A DNA stretch of 63,314 bases, counting the filler, from Octopus bimaculoides (lineage: Eukaryota): NCBI RefSeq assembly GCF_001194135.2. It is 3 parts of 3 records of this genome, joined end to end, with 100 filler letters (N's around TTAATTAATTAA, not from the genome) between each part and the next. Parts side by side here need not be neighbours in the genome. Positions count along the whole stretch, not along the records: positions 1 to 31,437 come from NC_068982.1; 2 more parts are not named here. The stretch is one strand, 5' to 3'. The notes below the pieces were generated by a model that did not search any database, was not told where the DNA came from, and saw only the letters and a list, made by a program, of their open reading frames with translations. A program made the translations under genes and the position numbers. Shown piece by piece: positions 12,651 to 26,719 of this stretch. Position 1 is the stretch's first letter. Each line of letters starts with the position of its first letter.

Positions 12651-13430
12651 TTTTTGCTTACGTCACTATGATCTTTTGTCGAGAATTAATATAACTCGGT
12701 TTAGTGATGTATATATTCGTTGGCGTGGATGTGATTTCTTGCTTGCATCTACTCATTAGCATGTTCTTTTTTTTGCGTTTTCTGATTGGCTTTTATTGTT
12801 CTACTTCTTTTTGGTTTTTTGGGTTTTTTTGTTTTTTTTGTTTTTTTACAGGATGTTTAATGTTCTTGTATTTGTTTATGAAGGGGAAGTGTTTTTGATT
12901 TGCTTTTGTTCTGAATTTATCTATTAACCTAATTAAGGCTGATTGTTTTCCGGTTTTTTTTATCGAGTATGGTACGTTACTTTTGTGAAGTTTGTTTTGG
13001 CATGTATGGTATTTGTAAATACTGTTGTAATGACAAGGTAGTTCTGTAGCTAAGAATTTTGTTATGGTCGAGATTAGGAAAATTTAATGACTTGTTTGTA
13101 GAGAATTTAACTGTAAAACTAATTAAAGATAATTTAACAGTAAAACTAATTAAAGACATATATGGAGCAGTTTCAAATATTCAAAGTGGTATTTAATGGT
13201 TGAGTAACTTTTGCAGACAATATGGAATTTGGGTTTCGTCCTCGTTCATCAAACACGAAATTATATTTTTGTCACTCACTGTTCATTTAACGACAGCTAC
13301 CTGTGCAACCACACAAAATATCGCAGCTAACATCAAGAAGTGGCTGGTATATAAATCGACCAGTAACGGAGAAACGGTAACAAATACCATGAAGTGCTCA
13401 ATGTAGTATCAACTGCCTAAAAGCAAACAC

Positions 13431-13465
<35 letters not shown>

Positions 13466-13864
13466 GGCGGACTTCTTTCAGTTTCCGCCTGTCATACTCG
13501 CTTGTGAGTGACGGTTATGGCCAATCTTCTGATCGAACCAAGGTATCAATGCCTCCATTGGTTTTTGAGACTGCTGGTATTATTTGTCGGTTGCAACTCT
13601 TGGCAGATGTATCACCATATTTCGGTCATGGGTTAAGATTTGAATCCAGAATAGACAGAACCAGATCTGATACTGTTAGGTATCTTGTTTGACACTCATA
13701 ATTCTGCCAATCTACCGTCCCGGAATGTATGTTTATCTTTATCGAACTCGAAATGATGGGATACAAAGTTGACCTCGACCAGATTTGAAGTCAAAGCACA
13801 TAGATTCGTAACAAATACCACGAGGCATTCAATCTAACACTATACTGATTCTGTTTATTCACCG

Positions 13865-13898
<34 letters not shown>

Positions 13899-13899
<1 letters not shown>

Positions 13900-15530
13900 T
13901 TTGCTAACTCCACGCAATCTTCTGCTGATATTAACCCTCTTCTGCCTTCCTTCCTAGGTAGGTATAATCTTGCTACTCCTGCACTTGGGTGGAGTCCTCC
14001 ATTCATATTGAATTCCTTCATAGTTCTTCTGTCTAGCTTTGTTAATCCAGTTTTTGTCCAATCTACAAAAGCTGCTGAGTATCTAAGTAATGATACTGAC
14101 CAGGTATATACAGCCTTCACTAGATTCGGAACATTTAACTTTGACTTCATTAGCTTCATCACCCTTCTGATGTACTCTTTCTCAATTTTCGTTTTCGTTT
14201 CTGCAGTTAGTACCCTGTCAGATTCTAATATTCCTAGATACTTATAGCTCTCTCCTCCTTTCAATGATGTCTGGTAATTGGATGCCTTTGCTATTAGCTA
14301 CCTGTCCCCTTCTCATGACTGATATTGTACACTTACCTATGCCAAATTCCATGCCTATATCTTTTCTGAAGAGTCTTACAGTCTGTATTAAGGAATCTAT
14401 CTCTTCAGCTCATCTATATAGAGCAAATGGTTAGTTTTTCCCCTACTCTTTCTGAACTAATACTAAACTGGGGAGGATCAAACATAAGACAAACATCAAA
14501 AGAGACAATGAGTCTCCCTGGAAATCCCTCTTTTGATATTAACTTTCCCTAACAATGTCTCACTTGAGTAGAGATCTACTTTCCATTTCTTCATAGTAAA
14601 GCTAATTAATTCTCTTATGCTGTCTGCTATACTGAATATACTCAAACATTAACTTATCCATGAGTCGGGGATCATTTCATAGGCTTTCCTATAATCTATC
14701 CATGTTATTGTTAGATTTTTCTTTCTAGATTTTTCTTCATCTAGAACTACTTTGTCTATATAATACATCATGCGTTCTTCTAGCCTTCTTTCTACATCCT
14801 TTCTGTTCTTCTGGCAGTAAATTCTGATTGTCACGGTGCTCGTAAATGCTTTCTGAAAGCATTTCTGTTAAAGCTTCCTCACTAATGGTAAGCAAGTGAT
14901 TGGTCTATAGTTGCTAGCTATATTACCCTTACACGTATCTTTCATGATGAGTACTGTCCTCACTCTAGTCATCCAATCTGGCATTATTCCTCCATTAATT
15001 AAATCTTGAAGTTGTTCACTCAGCCTCCCATGTAAATTACTAAATTTCTTTAGTCAGTACCCTTGAACTAAATCTGATCCGGGGCTCTTCCAACTAGGCA
15101 TTTTCCTAATACTTTACTCATTAATGCCCTAGTTAATCTTAGATCTGGCTGCTTCTCACTCACTACTTCTTTCCTTACTTTCTTTAACCATACTGCATCT
15201 CTATTATGGTTGACTGGCTTATCCTAAATATTACTCCAGAACTTTCTAGCTTCTTCTGCATTAGGTTTCTCATCTTCAGGACTTCATTCTCCACTATTTA
15301 TTTGGTTATATCTCCTCTGGTCTCTCTCAAATAATCTGTTCTGTTGATACTGATCTATTATTTTCTGATATCTGGAGAGCTTGCCTGCTACTGCTATGCT
15401 ACGATACACTGTTTCAAATCTTCTATTACTGTCCCAAATCCTTTCTCTTTGAGCAAGTATCTTTTCGTGAGGGAAGATTTGCATCCAGTGTTCCTAACTT
15501 GTTGAGTTTCCAGGCTTCTATTCTACTCAG
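13899..15530 (-). mobile_element. R4/Dong-clade (RLE) LINE, degraded reverse transcriptase fragment
   Basis: Broken frames give NRLFERDQRR, WIDYRKAYEMIPDSW, FQGDSLSLLMF, NHLLYIDE, DIGMEFGIGKC, YKYLGILE and LYLPRKEGRRGL; stops and frameshifts present. Confidence 0.9.
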
Positions 15531-15534
15531 ATCT

Positions 15535-15649
15535 TTCTACTATAGGCACAAGACCTGAATTTTTGGGAAGGGGAAAATTCGGTCACATGAACTCCAGTAC
15601 TTGACTGGTACTTAATTTATCGACCCCGTTCGGGGTCGATAAATTAAGT
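15535..15649 (-). mobile_element. SINE family A, 3' part ending in a fold-back
   Basis: AGGCACAAG.CCTGAA tail plus core; perfect palindrome at 15610-15649. Confidence 0.75.
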
Positions 15650-15695
15650 CTTCATTATTATTTTTATTATTATTATCATCATCATCATCATCATC

Positions 15696-15780
<85 letters not shown>

Positions 15781-15781
<1 letters not shown>

Positions 15782-15922
15782 GGTGGCGAGGTGGCAGAAT
15801 CGTTAGCATACCATGCAAAATTCTTAGCGGTATTTCGCCCGTCGCTACGTTCTGAGTTCAAATTCTGCCGAGGTCGACTTTGCTTTCATCTTTTCGTAGT
15901 CGATAAATTATGTACCAGTCAA
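15781..15922 (+). mobile_element. SINE family A, 5' part
   Basis: TGGCAGAATCGTTAG (A box-like), GAGTTCAAATTC (B box-like), GAGGTCGACTTTGC.TTTCATC core; preceded by (ATT)n. Confidence 0.85.
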
Positions 15923-16388
15923 GTACACCAGGCACATGCATCACAACCATATGTGCGCGACATAGTGATCTCATATCAAGATAAACAGCGCATGACCTTG
16001 CAGGGGGGATCCAGATGGAATTTTCGTCAGGTCGAATAGTCCATCGCACTCAAAAGGTCCCTGAATAAGGGTTGTTTAAGGATGTTGAACGAAACACCCT
16101 TGTTTCAAAAGTGGATTATTCAAATTCCAAAGACTTCCTCTCAGCACATGGTCATGATGTTTCCCTACTACTTCTGCTCGTGATCAGAGATGCACATATC
16201 GTCAGCCACTAAGAGACGTGCTCAACTGGTTACGGTCAAACAACTGACAAGCAGATCTGTGATACTGAGCAGAATATTTGCCGTAGGCCATCTTTTATAC
16301 CAAGACAAAACAATGTACATGATAATATTTTCAATCAGTTAAGATCAGAAGCCATGAGAGCCACTGCCTGGTACTGCATCAGGACATT
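15923..16388 (-). mobile_element. About 557-bp (AAT)n-embedded element, copy 1 (3' end cut by a SINE)
   Basis: Reverse complement of 34017-34573; its 5' end abuts (ATT)n. Confidence 0.85.
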
Positions 16389-16858
16389 TATTATTATTAT
16401 TATTATTACTATTATTATTATTATCATTATTATTATAATTATTATTATTATTATTATTATATTTTTACTGGTATTCTATTTTTAAAACTTTCCACCTGTG
16501 TTGTTGCTGTCTGAATATTTTTTTATATATCCACTTTAAGTCATTTTCAAATTCAATTCTGTTTATTCTCACCGTATATATTGTATATTTCACTCATTAC
16601 AATTATTCCTTTTTCTCCACTTAGATTGTACTTATTATATTTCCCTCGTACGGAAGCTAGTCTTCAATGTTTGGAAACGTCATTCGCTATGTATATGTAA
16701 ATTGCCTCAAAGTATGTCTGAAATACTTGCTGAAAGTACATGTCTGCTAAAATTAGATTCTTACTAGTGGTGTATTTACCCGTTAGGTAAAAAAAAAAGA
16801 AAAGGATATAAAATTTAAAATAAAATGTAATAAATTCCAGACACACGTAGAAAGAGAG

Positions 16859-17320
<462 letters not shown>

Positions 17321-17689
17321 GTGTGTACTTGAGTGTGATTGCATACAAATGTGTGTGTATGTGTGTGCGTGTGTGTTTGTGTTTAATTTTTTTTTTTCTT
17401 TTTGCTCTAGATTTTTTGCCTAACGGTTAAATACATCAAGAAAGAAAGAATCTAATTTTAATAGTCTTGTACTAAAAGCAGATATATTTACATAGCGAAA
17501 GACGTCTCCAAACACTGAAGACTAGTGTAAAGAAATTAAATTTCAAAATAACATAAAGAAACAAAGGCAGAGAACGTGAAAGATCAAAATTTTTTGACAC
17601 TTCATCATTGCCTCTACTGTAAAGAAGTAAGCAAACGTTTAATAAAGTGTTTGCCACTCATTCAATAGCTAAACTAACAAAAGTATGTT

Positions 17690-17724
<35 letters not shown>

Positions 17725-17732
17725 ACAGTGTA

Positions 17733-18560
17733 CGCAATCGAAACAGCATTAAATTAACATATCACAGTAAGGCGAACATCTTCCTAGAAGTGACTCACAA
17801 GAAACCATACGCTTTTCTACCTCCTTGGGTCCTGTTGATGAAGTGTACTTGCCAATCACATACCTATACAAAATATTCCACCGCGATATATAAGAAAAAC
17901 GTGAAACACATTAGCTGATACTGTGGAATACTTTCTGGGCTGAATAAAAGTTTTGTATAGGCAACTGAAATAGCATTAAATTTGAATATCCATCAATGTA
18001 TCGAACTTAACGAATATACACCGTTGAAAGTCATGATGTGGTGGAGTTTGAGAGAAAATCTCTAATTGACATGCTGTATCAATAACACAACTTAAATCGG
18101 AGCGAGAACATCATCCCAACAGTGACTCACAAGAACGCCAGATGTGTTTCGGCTTCCTTTGGTCTTGTCAATGATGTATACTTGAGGACAGATTTCGTCA
18201 AGGCATGTGACTGGCTGTTTTAATTTAATGTTGTTTCAATTGTGTACATTGTGCACTTTCTGTAATATCAGTGGATGTGTTGCTCAGCATTTTCTATATA
18301 TCGTGAGAAATGGGAGATTTCGTCTAGGCATGTGACTAGCAAGTACACATCATTAACAAAGCTCAAGGAGGCCGAAATGCGCCTGGGTTATTGTGGGTCG
18401 CTACAGGGGCAATGTTCGTCTCACTCCAATAGATATTGAATTGTTAACACATAATGATTAATGAGAGATTTTCTCCCAAACAAAAACACAACACCTTGCA
18501 GCCTTTCAACGTGTATATACGTTGAGTACGATACATAGATGGCTATATATTTCATTCAAA
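17733..18560. repeat. Diverged tandem-plus-inverted repeat complex
   Basis: 17771-17920 and 17985-18187 share GCGA(GA)ACATC..AGTGACTCACAAG..TGTACTTG; 18264-18560 is a reverse-complement copy of both. Confidence 0.75.
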
Positions 18561-18834
18561 GATAAATCTTCACTCCGTCACGGCTCAGACGTTTCCTGTT
18601 TCTTGCATTGTTTTTCATTAAAAAAAAACTATTATTGAGAACATCAGATTTTAAAAGGGACTAAGAATGACAAACTCAGAGTAGCTATTGTGTAAACAAT
18701 CACTCGACAAAACGGACGTATTTTCTCTTCAGCTCTGCAAGCGCATGAATCAGTGTAAAATAATTTTCTTCACCAGAATCTGTAAGTAGATATCAAATTC
18801 TCGCTTCACACATACCCACACTTATTAATAGTCT

Positions 18835-20391
18835 TTTGGGTTTCCTTTTTATGTTTGCAGAGGCTAGAAGGTGTTCTCTAGCACGGCATCTAACCGCTTG
18901 TTGCAGTTCTTTTGTATCTCCTCCTGAGATCAATTTTTACCAGTTTTTCCGATGTCTTTTTGGCCTTCCACTTTTGCAGATTTCCTCCACTTGGATCATT
19001 GTCTATTTCTTTACCTCCTATATGTTATCTCCTATGTGTCTCACATTTCAATACCAGTTCAGTTTTCTTTTTTAACATACTAAATCTAATTTCTCATACG
19101 CACAGGTTTTTTTCTTGGCTCAGTTATCTTCCGTCGTTCATGCATACTAGCATTACACATCCGAGACATTTGTATTATTCATTTCCAACTTTTACACATT
19201 ATCTGCATTCGAAGCCCATATTTCGCTACAATGTATCATTGTATACATGCTTCATACAATCAGACCTTTCCTCGGAAAGAAATTGCTTGTTGCCAACAGA
19301 GGTAATAACCACTGAACTTTTCCCAGCCCGTTCTGATTCTAGATACTGTACTTTCACAATACCCACCTCCACTAGCAATTTGGTCGCGTAAATAGCAGAA
19401 GTGATCGACTACTTCTAGTGAACCCGTTGGGTGGTTGAAGAGAATTTCGTAGGTGCCCTGAGAGATTATTACTCCTGTAAAACGGCTATATACCAAGGCC
19501 TTCTTCTCTGTCTATGATCACATTGCGCCTCTTGTATAATTACTGTTGGAATCACTTTATGGAATTTTTACCGACACCTTTTCTCTAAATCAAACATGAC
19601 CACTTTCAAATGAATGTATATGTGTGTATACGTGTATTTGTGTACGTGTATGCATGTAGGTATACTTCCTGCTACCTAACATATCTGTCTTTAAGATTAC
19701 TTCCACATTTAAAAATTTTTATTCTTTGATGGATTTAGCAGTGAGAACTAAAACATTTGCATAGAGAATTCTCACTGACAACCAGTCTTAAACTCGTCTG
19801 TCATTATCAGACTATAATAAGCAAGAGAGAGGCTGGTCTTGACGGACACTATTTTTCGGTAAATTCTTCGTTGAATTCGTTACTAAATCATGCTTTTCTG
19901 CTAGTACATAACTTCGTACATAACATACACGGCTCTCTTATAGTCATTTATACTTACATCTAGTTTTCGTAGCATCAACTAGACTACATCAGTGTGTTAG
20001 TAGCTTGCATCTTGCATAGAACTTTTGTAATTGTCTCACGAGAAAGACGAACTCATTCCTAGCAGAAACTCGAACTGCATCTTATTTAAGCTGATTCTCT
20101 ACCTAATCAGGTGTCATAATCATTTCTATAGCTCTCATAAGTTGCTCCATCGGTTTGTTACTTCTGTAGTTGATTGTACTGCTGCATCAGTCATCGAAAT
20201 TATCCCTTTCTATACCATGTGACTGCCTATGGGAGTGACTAAACAATGTTCTACTTTACTGGATATTTTTAACATTTCAGTGACTATCTCTGATGGTGCC
20301 GGTGCTTTCTTGCTTTTATATCCTTAATGAATATTTCGACCAAATAGCAGTCAATTTTAACAGTAGGTCTCTCTCGTCGAGTTTGCTTGAG

Positions 20392-20474
<83 letters not shown>

Positions 20475-21130
20475 CTTTTCTTTCTCCATGCATTTTTCTC
20501 ATTCAGCAACCTCCTGTAGAATTTTCATGCCCCTATCTCGATTTCAGTGACGACGAATGCATAGCTATCACTACGTATTCATTTTTTAACAAAGACCGTC
20601 TTATTTATGCTGCATTGCAGTTCATAGCACCTCATGCTTCTGTTATTCACCTTGCAAAACAATAGTAAACCTCTCGATTTCTGCATCTCACCTTGCTAAA
20701 TATACCTATCTAATTTCTCTTCAGTTGTTCTTTGCTGAGTCTTCCATTATTTCCAAGCTTATCTCTTAGCTTTTGTGGTTGTCTACCGTGCCGTTCCACC
20801 ATCATGCCACTTTCCTAGAAACTTGCTCCACCCACAAATCTAAAGAGTGGTTTACAGCAGATTGTGTTGCAGAAGCGTCTTGACTTGGCTGTCATAATGT
20901 TTTGTTTCGTTTTCCTTCTCGGCAAATTCGTCACATAGTACTTCTTTGAACCTAGATGTGACTGGAGAATCTTTTAACTTCTATATCTTCTTTCTTCAGA
21001 TTGCATTCTGTCTCAGGGTGTGTCCAGCTCTTTTTCACTAGTCTGTACTGAGTGGAGTACAGAGACTTAATACTCGGGTGAAATCTAAATGCCTTACGTG
21101 GCTAAATGATTTCATGAAGTTACAGAGCAC
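18835..21130 (-). mobile_element. RTE-clade LINE remnant, interrupted by microsatellites
   Basis: WWNGTVD...VYLAR, KMQFEFLLG...FLVRQLQK, SLEVVDHFCYLRDQIASGGGYCESTVSRIRTGWEKF; many lesions. Confidence 0.8.
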
Positions 21131-21429
21131 CAAGGGACTTGATCTCATTTTTCCCGTGTATCATAATCAGAAACTCTCAGAATATCAAGACAGTCAACAT
21201 GATATTGGCAAAAATGCCCACTAAACCCACCAGCTTTGATAATGCAGTCACTGATGTTTGTTATCAATTCAGACTACAAGTGGGGCTTAAGCAAATGGTT
21301 ATTTTGCAACTGTCGGTCATGGTTGTGTTGTGTTGCATATGCAGAGATCACTATTGCTATCGTGTTGCCTGTGACTAAGGTAAGTTTGATTACACCACCA
21401 CCATACGCACACACACACACACAAACACA

Positions 21430-21463
<34 letters not shown>

Positions 21464-21624
21464 TACACACACACACACGTATGTATGTAAATTTTTCTCT
21501 TCTTTCACAATCTTACATATGCGCATATAATTAATTATTCAGGGGGGGTTTCTGTCACTGCGCATAATATCCATGTGATTTAATAAACATTATCCTAATA
21601 TATATATATACATACATACATACA

Positions 21625-21657
<33 letters not shown>

Positions 21658-22120
21658 GCGTGTGTGTGAGAGAGAGAATAAATTATGAATTCATTTCTTA
21701 ATTGCTCAGTATATAATTAACTAGACATCATTTTCAGTCACTATTCATAAAATGTATTGTCCAAAATGAGAAACAATATCAACAATAATAGTAAAACTGT
21801 GAATATGCGTCTCTCACCCAAAAGAGAGAAAAAACAGCTTGATAATTTCTTAATTAATCAGTTAACTGGCTAATTAATTACACACGTCCAATGTGTATAT
21901 CTTCTCAATATAGTTAGAAACATTTCAAGTGTTGTAACAATCATAACTCGAGAGAAAATAAAGACAACTCCTTGATAAATGTTTACCTTAATCCTCATAA
22001 AAACAGTTTAACATAGAGTATCTGCAATAAAAACCCTCCGTATCTTGCTTCACTTGATTATAGCAGATAATATAATATATAATATATTATATAATATATA
22101 ATATAATATATAATATAATA

Positions 22121-22178
22121 TATAATAATACAGCAGATATATAATAATACAGCAGATATATAATAATACAGCAGATAT
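22121..22178 (+). repeat. 19-bp tandem repeat, 3 copies
   Basis: TATAATAATACAGCAGATA repeated within an AT-rich tract. Confidence 0.85.
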
Positions 22179-22699
22179 GACGAACTGAACATAGACTTTA
22201 AAAACATATCCATCTACCATCATCTAATGCAGAAACACATAGGATAAATAGAAATCTTTTTGGAGAGCAGTGCGCCACTTAACCACATTTCATCTAACCC
22301 CCACCTTTCAGTTTGGGATTGCATCAACAACGAACTAATACCTAACTATAGCAGCAACAATCTCTAAGTATTCCTGAATTTGGTGGTGGAAAGTAAGTCC
22401 GGTCAGCTCATACTGTAATGCATTTTCCATACCTCAAAAAAAAATGTTATCTTCATCATCGTGATATGAAATCCACTTTCCGCGCTGACATAAATAAGAC
22501 AAGTCATCATGGTTTGAGTCATTTTTTTTACTCGGTGTTACTGTTCTCCTAGGCGTGATCGAGGAACCATGCCTCTCTCGTCCGTCTCCATTTTTGGAGC
22601 GTTTGATACAGTTGGTTGCCCTTTCTAGTACCAACCACTTAACATTGTGCACATAGATGCATTGTATTGTGGAACCAGCACAAGATAGTTTGTCATATT

Positions 22700-22900
22700 G
22701 TCCACCAGACATGGCTAAAGGTTTTCTCGATCCTATGATGTCTCGGCTCGTTCGTCAGATATTTTCAAAGTGTTCTGGGCACATTATTATCGCAGCACTT
22801 GCAATAGTGAGGATGACTTGTAACCGTGACCCTCACTGCTCTATGTTGTCTCCATTCGTTCAGAACAATATGACCGATAGAGTGGGTAGAGATGAGGGCA
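22700..22900 (-). mobile_element. Possible RTE/BovB-like 3' remnant
   Basis: IGHIV/RME...DR pattern resembles the RTE C-terminus; weak. Confidence 0.25.
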
Positions 22901-23785
22901 ATTGTAGAAGATGAACTGGAGTAAGAGGATGCAAAAGAAAGAGTAAGATGGGCGAAAGAGATTGATTGAAGTGGTGGGAGATGGAAAAATAGTAAAAACG
23001 GTGCGAGAGGAGTGATGAAAAGTATTAAAGTTTCTAACAAATGGGATAGTTATAGCATAGGGCAAGTAGTGGCTACATGTTAGCGGGTAAAGGAGAGAGG
23101 GCATGACGGATAGTCATAGAAATGGTCTCTAGTCAGAGAGTTTTATATAGAAGACAATATCATATAAAAAGTATCTGTGAATTTGAATCGACAAAGTCAT
23201 CAACAGCACAAAGAGGACAGTCATAACTGCCCACTCTACACCCGTGTGTTGAAGATTTGTGAATGGCACTTGTCCACACAAGTAAAACCGTAAATGACTA
23301 TCAAACTCAAATACTGTCCCAAATAAAAACCTGTAGCCCTGTTACCAAATAAGAATGCACAAAAGGAAATAAATATACTTTTTCCAGTAGAAATTCCGCC
23401 AGTGAGAGCTTGTTGAACAAGGAATGCACTATCACTATTTATAAAGGTACAGATCGAAAAGTAAATAACAGTTTGCAATTTAGAAGTGGAGCAAAACAAT
23501 ATAAAATAGTATTCCTCATAATACTGATCATCGAAAAACTCCATCAAACAGAAAGAACAGCTATAACAACGTCTACTCTCCAAACATAATGGACAGGTAG
23601 AAATGAAACACTTTCACGAAAGCATAACCAGAGATAATTCTGTTTTACTAACGTATCTGGAGTGCATGAAATCAAGTCGGGACCTTCAAACCCAAAACGT
23701 CTATTAATATCCGCTTAACACTTGAAATACAAACTCAGCAATCACTCAAATACTACCCTACAAAACAATTGCTAAACCAACAAAT

Positions 23786-23877
23786 AAGGACTACATAACA
23801 AGGACTACATAACAAGGACTACATAACAAGGACTACATAACAAGGACTACATAACAAGGACTACATAACAAGGACTA
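23786..23877 (+). repeat. 14-bp minisatellite (AAGGACTACATAAC), about 6.6 copies
   Basis: Six perfect units plus a partial unit. Confidence 0.95.
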
Positions 23878-24289
23878 TAACACCTGCTGCATACATGACA
23901 ATCATCTGAATATCTTAGAAATAATCATACATGGTCTTATATCCAACAAAGGCGAAACCACCAACTTATGCTCTACAGATAAGTTTTCTATAAAATTCTC
24001 ATAGAAACTCTCCTGGACCCAACAATCCTTAATAGAGCTGACTTCATTGCAGTGCCATGATACTATAAGTAATTGTGCTGACGAGATCTTGTGATGATAT
24101 CAAGTAATGGCACTGCTGAGTATCACCTAGAAAATCCAGGTACAAGAGCCAAAAGATCTAATGTTCCAGAAACTTCTAGTCAGGTCAGGGCTACCCACAA
24201 ACAACTCAGAGCTGACATGGATACAATGTATCGTCTTGAATCAAACACATTCTGTATACAGTTTGTTATACTTCCAGAAAACTTTAAGC

Positions 24290-24500
24290 CCAAAACTGAA
24301 CAACGACCATTGCTGATGATCATCACGCATAACTTACTAACAAACTTCATTAACAGTACATAGTAAATGAACCAGCAACAGGAGACAATGCTTATGTTGT
24401 TGTTCTGGGACACCTTCCTGTATGTGCCAAAATTTTAACTCGCCTGTGTACCTCAGACCATAACCCCAGTGCTATTAAAACCGAATGTTCCTGTGTATCT
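24290..24500 (+). mobile_element. Possible old LINE AP-endonuclease remnant
   Basis: QYIVNEPATGDNAYVVVL...SDHN resembles Q.V..PTRG.N.LDL...SDH. Confidence 0.3.
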
Positions 24501-24987
24501 GAACAAATCAGATAAAAAAAAGATTTGGTTTAGCAAAACAGCACACTTAGTAGGACATGGTACCCACTTTAAATCTGCTGACTGATCAGTTACATTTAAA
24601 GAAAAAGATATTATAAATAATCTGTAATTAAAAAAACCTACATACTTGTCTGTCTTTTAAGTTATTTTATTATCATTTCCTATATATTTAAGGTAAAAAT
24701 TGTTGCCATCAATATCGACGGCACAGGTCTATTAATATATTATTTAACACACTAAAATCACCGTCATTAAATATCAACTGATATCTTAAACATTTAGCAA
24801 TGCAATCATTAGATACATTTAGATGTTTTCGTACAGCTGCCGCCCATCTAAAATTCTTCTACGTTCTTAATTTATTCTGGTTTCATTAATGAAACATGAC
24901 AAGCAATTTGTCAGAAACATTTACAATCAGTGGCAATGACTTCAGCAAAACCGATTCATGTAGTAGTAGCAATAATAATAATAATAC

Positions 24988-25018
<31 letters not shown>

Positions 25019-25022
25019 AAGA

Positions 25023-25812
25023 ATCGTTAGCGAATGCCCGAAATTGGCACAACACGAATACAAAAGACGACATGACAATATGGCAAGAATGATCCATTGA
25101 GAGCTCTGTGGAAATCACGGCCTTTAAAGAGTATAGACGTGGTATGAGAAAATCCCAGAAGGAGTCATCGAAAATGAGAATAACAAAATACTGTGGGATA
25201 CAATGATTCAGTGCGATCACATGACCAGACATCGGAAAACGGACATTGTCGTGGTGAGTAAAAAAGGAAGGATATGCATAGTAATAGACATAGCATATCC
25301 CGGGGACAACAGGATCAAAGAGAAAAAAGGAATATAAACAACTATGACGATTTGAAGTGGGAGATACGAAAGTTGTAGTCAATGAAGAGAGTACACGTGA
25401 TACCAATAGTCATTGTCGCACTTGGAAGTATCAGCACTCAACTACCAGTATAGCTCAAAAAGATTGATACAAGTGTGAAGGTATAACACCGACAAAAATC
25501 AGCATTGCTTGGAACTGCAAGAATTCTTCGCAGGCTTCTTGAAGCACNNNNNNNNNNNNNNNNNNNNNNNNNNNNNNNNNNNNNNNNNNNNNNNNNNNNN
25601 NNNNNNNNNNNNNNNNNNNNNNNNNNNNNNNNNNNNNNNNNNNNNNNNNNNGACAAAAATCAGCATTGCTTGGAACTGCAAGAATTCTTCGCAGGCTTCT
25701 TGAAGCACGACCAGTAAACAAGTGTCACCTTAGTCTGTCGGCTGTGGACAGCTGACACTTTCCATCATACACAGCAAAATAAGCTGTGAGTTTTCCTCAC
25801 AGAATAATAATT
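25023..25812 (+). mobile_element. R4/Dong-clade LINE 3' fragment (CCHC region, RLE endonuclease, 3' UTR)
   Basis: IVSECPKLAQHEYKRRHD, KILWDTMIQCDH..RHRKTDIVVV...IDIAYPGD, VIPIVI.ALG, QKSALLGTARILRRLL. Follows (AAT)/(AAG)n, ends in AATAATAAT; contains an N gap. Confidence 0.9.
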
Positions 25813-26039
25813 AAAGGTACTTCACATATCTTACATAAAATCCTCTCCATCTAAATACAATCTTATTCATTAAGTCAGATTATAAATTTTTAAGAAGGAT
25901 TTTTTTCTAACACACATACATTAGTTTTTGACTGCACAGTACACCAGCTGTTTGACTCTTTAGAAGCGAAACTTATCCCATGACGTCTCTGGTTGAGAAT
26001 TGTACATATTAAAGCAAAAGCAATCAATATAAATCATAA

Positions 26040-26700
26040 TACAAGTTGTACTTGAAGAGAGAGCATAATAGAAGAAGCTTAATTGGTGTGGAAGAGTGTA
26101 TGCGGCTGGAACAAAGCAGCTTTCTTCATTATTTGCGGAACAGCACAGAAAAGTTACTAAAGCCAGTGAGTAAAGAACAAGTGATCAAAACTTGAAAAAG
26201 TGGAAAGGACAAAAATGAAATCCAAAGGGAACATGCTGAACAGAATGAAGAGAAACCTTGTATGGTCAGTCTTGGAAAATGTATAGGGGAAGATGTCGGC
26301 AAAATGTGAGGATGTGGAATTTGGGATTTTCTCATTTAAATGAATAAGATGAAAGATAATAAGCTAGTAACACAAAGAAAATGGAATTTACATACAAACT
26401 GATCCATCATGTCCGATCAAAACTAGGATTTAAAATGCGGATGAAAAGTTAAGCTACAACCTCTTGAAATTTGAGATTGCAAGGATTTGGAACACTAAAT
26501 CTGTAAAGACTGTGCATCAGATAATTGGTGCATTTGGGACCGTGAGTAATGAAATAAACAAATGAATAAAGGAGATAGAAATGGATTGTTCTGTAGAGCT
26601 TCTAAAGAAGGGTTGTCGCTTAGAAACGGAAGATCAGTGTTGATCACTTGGAGGCTTATTGAAATCATGTGGACAACTAAGATTACAGATAACTTTTTCT
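26040..26700 (+). mobile_element. Older R4/Dong-clade LINE 3' fragment
   Basis: VEECMRLEQSSFLHYLRNSTEKLL and EIARIWNTKSVKTVHQIIGAFGTVS...VELLKKGC; heavily decayed. Confidence 0.7.
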
Positions 26701-26719
26701 TTTCCTTTCACTAGGAACC

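Noticed and set aside
13200-13406. 68-aa ORF after a TTTTGCAG acceptor
   Set aside because: No recognisable family and a weak donor; another frame resembles the LINE FGFRP motif. Not supportable either way.
23786-23877. CRISPR-like array
   Set aside because: Units are contiguous with no spacers, and the context is eukaryotic.
25491-25707. Direct repeat of about 56 bp on either side of an N gap
   Set aside because: Typical unmerged contig overlap; treated as assembly artefact.
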